Positions 58,054 through 64,000 of a DNA stretch of 64,000 nt are shown one piece after another. Below the pieces are notes generated by a model that worked only from the letters and a program-made list of their open reading frames with translations, did no database searches and had not been told where the DNA came from. Each line of letters begins with the position of its first letter. Within the stretch, counting starts at the first letter, position 1. The stretch is from Dendrobates tinctorius (taxonomy: Eukaryota). The position numbers were made by a program, and so were the translations under genes. The DNA lies in NCBI RefSeq assembly GCF_039654945.1, contig NW_027361738.1:86676001-86740000 (forward strand). Direction: 5' to 3'.

Positions 58054-58055
<2 letters not shown>
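56471..58055 (+). mobile_element. Tc1 IR/DR-type transposon (Sleeping Beauty/Frog Prince-like architecture), 1585 bp
   Basis: Termini (C)AGTGCCTACAAGTAGTATTCAACCCCCTGCAG and its reverse complement. Inner direct repeats TATTCAACCCCT (~56652) and AGGGGTTGAATA (~57856). Flanked by (TA)n. Confidence 0.93.
56828..57850 (+). CDS. Full-length 340-aa Tc1 transposase with the catalytic Glu replaced by Lys (DD34K)
   Basis: Open frame MGKTKEH...GYSTKY. WSDET and QQDND are intact, but the last motif reads SPDLNPIK (AAA at 57662-57664) instead of NPIE. Confidence 0.88.
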   Translation: MGKTKEHSKAIRDKIVEGHKAGKGYKTLSMELGLPVSTVGSIIRKWKAYGTTVSLPRPGQPLKVSSRAEARLVRRVKANPRTTRKELREDLMAVGTLVSVNTISNVLHRNGLRSRRARKVPLLSKRHVKARLQFAHDHLEDSETDWFKVLWSDETKIEIFGANHTRDVWRLDGTAYDPKNTIPTVKHGGGSIMLWGCFSAKAPGHLVRIHGKMDSTAYLEILAKNLRSSIKDLKMGRHFIFQQDNDPKHTAKKTKAWFKRQKIKVLEWPSQSPDLNPIKNLWKELKIKVHMKHPKNLDNLEKICMEEWAKITPETCAGLIRSYKRRLLAVIANKGYSTKY

Positions 58056-58130
<75 letters not shown>

Positions 58131-58132
<2 letters not shown>

Positions 58133-58325
58133 AACATCGGAACTGCTGCAACCTACTGTCTCCTTCCCCACCATCCTGTAGCATGTAAGCCGGAAAGGGC
58201 AGGGTCCTCTCCCCTCTGTATCAGTCTGTCATTGTTAGTTTGTTTACTGTAAGTGATATCTGTAACTTGTATGTAACCCCTTCTCATGTACAGCACCATG
58301 GCATCAATGGTGCTATGTAAATATA
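58131..58325 (+). mobile_element. L2-type 3' UTR fragment
   Basis: Reads tgtaagcc...gggcagggtcctct...tgtacagcaccatggcatcaatggtgctat, a stem-loop tail typical of L2. Confidence 0.55.
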
Positions 58326-58384
58326 TATATTACTGTGTGTTTTGCACCATAAGTCACCTGCATATGTCTCCTTCCCACTTCCAG

Positions 58385-58438
58385 GTAGCATTGACCAAGA
58401 GAGCTGATCCAGCTGAGCTGAGAACTATATTTGTCAAG
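58385..58438 (+). CDS. slc25a13: slc25a13 coding exon 2 (54 nt): VALTKRADPAELRTIFVK
   Basis: Pyrimidine tract and acceptor (tctccttcccacttccag|), donor AAG|GTAAGG. The peptide is citrin-type, not aralar/SLC25A12-type (MAVKVQTTKRGDPHELR). Exon 3 is not seen in the window. Confidence 0.95.
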
Positions 58439-60242
58439 GTAAGGGTGTTTGGGTGTCTTTAATTTTTCTTTTCAAGTGTAGACCATAAAATTCTCTTGAT
58501 TGAAGGGGTATTCCATGCACAAAAAAAATAAACAATTTGGACTTTTAATGATTCCCCCCAAAAAACTCCCATCTTTTTATTTTTGTTTTTTTTTCCACTC
58601 ATTTCCCCTCTGCAATTGTTAACACCCTGTGCTTCCTGCTGGCTATCTCTATGAAGCTGTATTTCTCTCATGCTCCCACCCACTCCGCCTACAATGCACC
58701 ATCCTGAGACTACTGTACAGGCTCAAGATGGACATACCGCTGCACACAGTTTCTCCTTCTTAACATCCCTCCTGTATGTGCTATCCTGAGACTTTCCTGC
58801 AGTCAGTACTGTTTCAGTAGCTGAGAAATGTGTCCTTGTAATGGATTAGTTTATTATAGTGTAAACCAGCACTTTGGAAAATCCAGCACCATCCCCTATG
58901 GGCAAAGTCAGAAACTGATAAGATTTCAGGCTCCTCACAGAGCAAGTAATGTCCGTTCCCTCCCTGTGCACATCCCCAGTCACTGTAAACTTGACTAGGA
59001 TCACAGGCCACCCCCCTCCATGACCTTACCATTTAGGGCTGCTGGCTGTCAATCAAAACACACGCAATCTCTGTAGTCCGCTTGGAGCAGAAGTAAAGGA
59101 GTTGAAGGTCCCATCAAAACGTGACCGCTCAGGAACAGAACAGAATATTAATATCAAGTCTAATTATGAAGTTTCTTGGTGGGCTTTACAATGCTTTAAT
59201 AATCTGTATGTCCAGAAAACCCCTTTTTTAAGGTTTTTTTCCCCCGGCTTCATTTTTAATAGTATGCCAGCGTGGAAAAAGATGGAGACCGTTTTATGTC
59301 ACCAGTCGACTTCGTCAGACGTTACCTGAACTTCACAGGAGATGGAGAACCAAACCCGAAAACGGTCCAACTCCTGGCGGGTGTAGTGGATCAGACCAAA
59401 GACGGGTGAGTCCGTGAATATTCAATTTAATATTTGTATTCTAGGGAGTTTAAGTGACCAGTCTTTGATTCCTCGTGATGCCGCCCCCCACACACACCCC
59501 ACACTTTGGTCGCCGTTGAAACTCTTTCTGCAACCCCACCCTCTTAGTCGGTGTATAAGTGAGGTGTATTCAACCAACGATGTCCCTGTCAGTCCTACTG
59601 AGACCAGTAGTCCCACAGGCGTGTCATGCCAACACTACTGTTAAAAATTTTTCCATTAGAGAACAGCTGGGCATAAAGCAGCACTGTTGGACAATTTGCA
59701 TCAAACTTTTTTTTTTGAAAACAATACTTCCAAGATTAAATGAGTTAGAAAAGAAAAAGAAAGTCAAACGCAGCAAAGTTTCTCCTGTCGGATTCTTCTT
59801 GGGGCAAGATGAGAATCTCTTGCAGAACTACTGTACTCTGCAGGACTGAGAGGAACGTCCTCTTATGATGAAAGCGATACTGCAAGTGTGACGGAGAAGG
59901 AGAACTCCAGGTGATGTGATTTCTGCACTGAAGATGTTACTATATATTGAAAACTCTTCCTTCAGGTCACACACGGACCAGTATTCTCTATAAAACTCAT
60001 AAAAAATGATCAAATCGCATGCAAAATTGTATCGTCTTTGGTCTCATGTGTCGGCCTACCAGTAAGAGCGCTTGTAAATGCACTTTTTTTCTCAACCGGC
60101 CCGTCCATATCCCATTTTTTATTCCATAGTTACAGCGACATGTTAATCTCCAGAATATAGCATGTATTCAGTGGGAATTTGTAGTTAAAACTCCGCGCTG
60201 CCGCAGGGATAAATTCCAGGAGAGAGAAGTCTTGAATTCACA

Positions 60243-60299
60243 GTGGCTTTATTCAACGCGTTTCAGGGGTCTCATGCCCCCTTCATCAGGAATTACCAC
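60243..60299 (-). ncRNA. Minimal type I hammerhead ribozyme motif, antisense copy
   Basis: The reverse complement reads AUUC-CUGAUGA-AGGGG gcaugaga CCCCU-GAAA-CGCG-UU-GAAU, with fully paired stem II and proximal stem I. Confidence 0.72.
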
Positions 60300-60431
60300 A
60301 CAGATGTACAGGCATCACAAGTATATATAGTTCTGAGAGGGCGCTGAATTTTAAAAAAAAAAAATGAGCGCCAAGAGATCAGCGTCCTCTCAGAACTACA
60401 GTATATATACTTGTGATGCCTGTACATCTGT

Positions 60432-60488
60432 GTGGTAGTTCCTGATGAAGGGGGCATGAGACACCTGAAACGCGTTGAATAAAGCCAC
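60432..60488 (+). ncRNA. Minimal type I hammerhead ribozyme motif, sense to the slc25a13 pre-mRNA
   Basis: GUUC-CUGAUGA-(AGGGG/CACCU stem II, one mismatch)-GAAA-CGCG-UU|GAAU, with stem I extended by GUGGU/GCCAC and a palindromic stem III ACGCGU. Predicted cut after 60476. Confidence 0.72.
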
Positions 60489-62122
60489 TGTGAATTCAAG
60501 ACTTCTCTCTCCTGGCATTTATCCCTGCGGCAGCGCGGAGTTTTAGCTACAAATTCCCACTGAATACATGATTTCTTTTCGTCCCTGAGGACTTGTGGAT
60601 CTGCAGCAGCCGCCTGACTATATGCTCTTATCTCATCCTAACCAGGTGAGCAAGTTTCTTGTCATATTTTGTCCTTTGTAACGTAGATAAGACCTTATTG
60701 AGCTTTTTTGTCTCCCCATTCCTTTGTAATAATCTCCAGAATATGTGATATTTATTTCACCACCATGGAAAGGAAAAAAATAAATTGCAGTCAGAGGGGA
60801 GGACGGTGATGGAGGGAGTGGGAAGGAGGACGTACGGGAAGATTTCCTGATGTAGACTTGGCTCAGAGAATGGATGCTGGGCTCCGGGTGTCAGCTTCAT
60901 TAATTGTTCACTGACACATAATTCTCTTGTTGCCGGGCAACCCTACGTTCCGAAGCTTCAACAGAGGCTCTAAAAGATGACATTATATAATAGAAAGACA
61001 CATAGAAAGCTACTTTGAAAGGCATTAGGAGTCAAGGCGCAACACGCTCCTGGCCCCACATACAGTCTATTGTGCGACTTACAATTATTCGTCATTTGGG
61101 CAAAATATTTATCTTTCTGGAGGAGATTTTTTTTTAAAATAATGATAGACCTTGGGGGGAAAATGACATTCTCTGGAATATCGGCCACAAGACCTAGGGA
61201 CGTGATCATCTTAAATGTCTAAATGGGGAAAAATAGATTTTTATTTATTTTACACGTATACCTCGTTAGGCGGGTTTTTCTTGGATTCGTGATCACTTGA
61301 TTGCAGTTAATGCGAAAGGGCGCCGCTAAAAGAAATAATGTTCCTGCCTGGTCCGCAGCGGTAATAGAAGGGGGGGGGACCTCTACTCTGGACCTTTCCT
61401 ATGACCAGACCTATGTTGGAGGGGTCTGTCTGGTGGGCAACGTGCATCTATGTCTGTTTAGAAGATATTTATGACTGATCATCGATATTGGATGGTGTCG
61501 GATATCCGCCGATCGGATACTGATGACCTATCGTTTAGGATAGGTATTCAGTATCTATTGACAGGACACTCCCTTAAAGATGCAGATTTCTATACCTAAA
61601 AGGACGCCGATACGCTTCGTACAAGTTGATCGGCTTTTGTTTCTAGCACGGAGCCGGTGCTCATACAGGTAACGTAGGGGACTTGGCCAAGTTTAGATTT
61701 TTAGCAGCTTGGTTCCGAAAATGAAAAAAAAATAACAATTTGCAATTGAGGGGGTTTCGGCGCCTCCTTGGTGTGGCCAAGGGCTCAGTGCACCATTGCA
61801 TTCCCTTGATTTTGCATACTGTCCACTGTCAAATCTTGATTCACAGTGCTGAAATGAGCACTGCCAGAAGTCGATCAGGGAGTCTCCACCTCCGCACGGA
61901 CACTGCAGGAGCGCAGCTGCATTCGTAGTGTTATTGAGATGTCTTATTGCTGGCTCTGTTCTGCGGCCTCCGCTTGATGCTTTGCTGCGGATGGAGAGCC
62001 CAAGTAAATGACTTTCACAGCGATGCCATTTGGGTTGTCTCCCACTCCTCTTCCAGTGATCAGCATGTCATGAGTCTCCCATAGCAGATGGCCCTTTTAA
62101 AAATGGTCGTCTGTTCAAGGCC

Positions 62123-62161
<39 letters not shown>

Positions 62162-62600
62162 ATGGAAGTCTGGAGATCGGCGTGTTCTTACGTCCACCCT
62201 CGGCGATTGGTGCCGATTAGAGCTGTGCAAAATAACTTGTAAGACCCAGATTCAGCGGCCTTATCTGTGGTTGCCAGACCAGAGCCTTGCCAACTTCCTC
62301 TTACCTACCAGATTACTCATCTCCTCTTCTGATCAGTAGACGCCATCATCATTGTGACATGACCCTCCCATTGCGCTGGACTTGCTAATTAGAAAAGATA
62401 TTAAAATGAGATAATTAGAACTATGCACTAACCATATGCTCTGAATAAGCTGAGCTGCAGTGTAAAGTATTGGTTGCAACATGTGCATCTGATGAAACAA
62501 GAGTCTGGTCTCTAGACTTGAACACCTTCCATTTCACCAAAAAATGTGGCTTATATTGAGCCACATTTATATATTGAGGACTTTTTAAAAGTTTGCATAA

Positions 62601-63969
62601 GGGCTCTTTCACACATCAGTGTGTCCGGTATGTGTAGTGACAGTTTTCACATGTACCAGAGACACTTGCGCGCGTAGACTCATTCAGTGTGTCCGTGGGC
62701 AAAAATACGCTGACATGTCTGTTTTTTTTAACAGCAGCATTGGCCGCAAAACGTCCCACACATGTACACACAGATGAGATGCTTGGATGTCATCTGTGTG
62801 CCATGTATCGGCACCTGAGAAGCAGCGATACTATTACTCCCATCAGCCTATGCTTGGTGCCGCTCATAGCAGACATCGGCTAATGGGAGTATTCATCTGC
62901 GTCCGCTAAATAAATAAAAACACCATCGAGGTTACCGCAGGTCATTGAGGCTGTGTTCGCAGCCGTGCTGAACTGCGTTGACCTCAGCACCATGAGAAAA
63001 AGTCTCTTGAGTTCACCGCAGTTCAGCTCGGTGACTTCACCGCAGATGTTTGATCTCAGTGACTTTTTCTCACGGTGCTGAGATCACCACAGTTCAGCCC
63101 GGCTGGGAACGCAGCTTGTTACCTGCAGTAACCTCGATGATGTCACCACCAGTCTCGAGCAGCTCATTCATCAGTGGTTCTCAGCCTGGACGGTCACGTC
63201 TTGGTGCCGTCCATGAAAACTGTTTATCCACCAGGCTTGGATTACAGCGTGGAGCAATAACGATGGATAGGTGAGGGATATGGTTGTTTTTTTTTTATTT
63301 TTGTTTTATTACAAGAGACTGAGGCTTCAACGGAATGGGATTTAGGTGAATATAACGGTGTTTTGTTATTTCAAGACTCTTTTCAATTACTAAGCCATGG
63401 GCTTGATGTCATCGGACAATACAAAAGTGACATCAACCCCACAAATATGAACCCCACTTGCCACCACTACATGGCAAGTGGGAAGAGTTGGGCAAAGCAC
63501 CAGAATTGGCACATCTAATAGATTTGCCTTTCCTGGGTTAGGGTTATTGATTTAAATAATTAAAACAGTGTGGTGACCACCCCTATTCTTGAAAACCAGC
63601 CTTGCTAACACTGACGGCTATCAGTTTTGCATGACTGGTTATCAAAAATACAGGGGAATCCACTTTTTTTTTTTTTTTTTTTTTTATAGCACAGGCGGGT
63701 TATGAATGCTCCTGCTCTCGCCGTTATTAGTGGCAGCAGGTGTAGGCTGATGGAAGTAATAGTCCCAACAGCCGCCGCCTGCTGTCTCTGTTAGCAGTTG
63801 AATATAACTCCTCATTCTCCTCTGATCTCAGGCAGAGCAGGGGAGAATGATGAGAGCCGTCTTCAGCACCAGGCGCTGGGGGACAGCACTATACCGCTGC
63901 TTCTCTGGTGCATGTGGTATGTGTGCCGCAAGTATTAGACACACAGAAAATTGGATGTGTGAGAGTGGC
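62601..63969. mobile_element. Probable diverged Harbinger-type non-autonomous element
   Basis: TAA|GGGCTCTTTCACACATC start and a degenerate GATGTGTGAGAGTGGC end, with internal palindromes. Confidence 0.5.
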
Positions 63970-64000
63970 AGAATGTGTGCATAGTTATTCCAGGAGAGGT

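Larger units (their letters stand above)
60159..60729 (+). mobile_element. Non-autonomous Penelope-like / retrozyme-like insertion with an inverted duplication
   Basis: 15-bp TSD TAATCTCCAGAATAT (60144-60158 and 60730-60744). Inverted repeat arms at 60161-60347 and 60379-60570, each containing a hammerhead core. Confidence 0.82.

Overview
Eukaryotic, very repeat-rich vertebrate DNA, most likely from a frog (inferred from the mix of Tc1, L2, CR1, Harbinger and TTAA/Kolobok MITE families). The only host gene I can support is missing from the ORF track. It is the 5' end of slc25a13 (citrin) on the + strand: a CpG-rich promoter, a 12-nt coding exon 1 (MAAK, 34893-34904), a 23.5-kb intron 1 and a 54-nt exon 2 (VALTKRADPAELRTIFVK, 58385-58438). 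The upstream 33 kb is a stack of nested elements. A Tc1 holds an L2, a full-length Gmr1-type LTR retrotransposon and a TTAA MITE. An 11.3-kb hAT element carries a ~250-copy 30-bp satellite. There is also an RTE/BovB-like fragment and a defective ERV with near-identical LTRs. A Harbinger-type MITE filled with telomere-like repeats sits ~175 bp upstream of the citrin ATG. The introns hold minisatellites, a Helitron, many MITEs and DD34E, DD36E and DD38E Tc1 elements. Intron 2 has a 571-bp Penelope-like/retrozyme-like insert with a 15-bp TSD, a ~190-bp inverted repeat and a hammerhead ribozyme motif on each strand. All family assignments come from reading motifs by eye; no database search was run.
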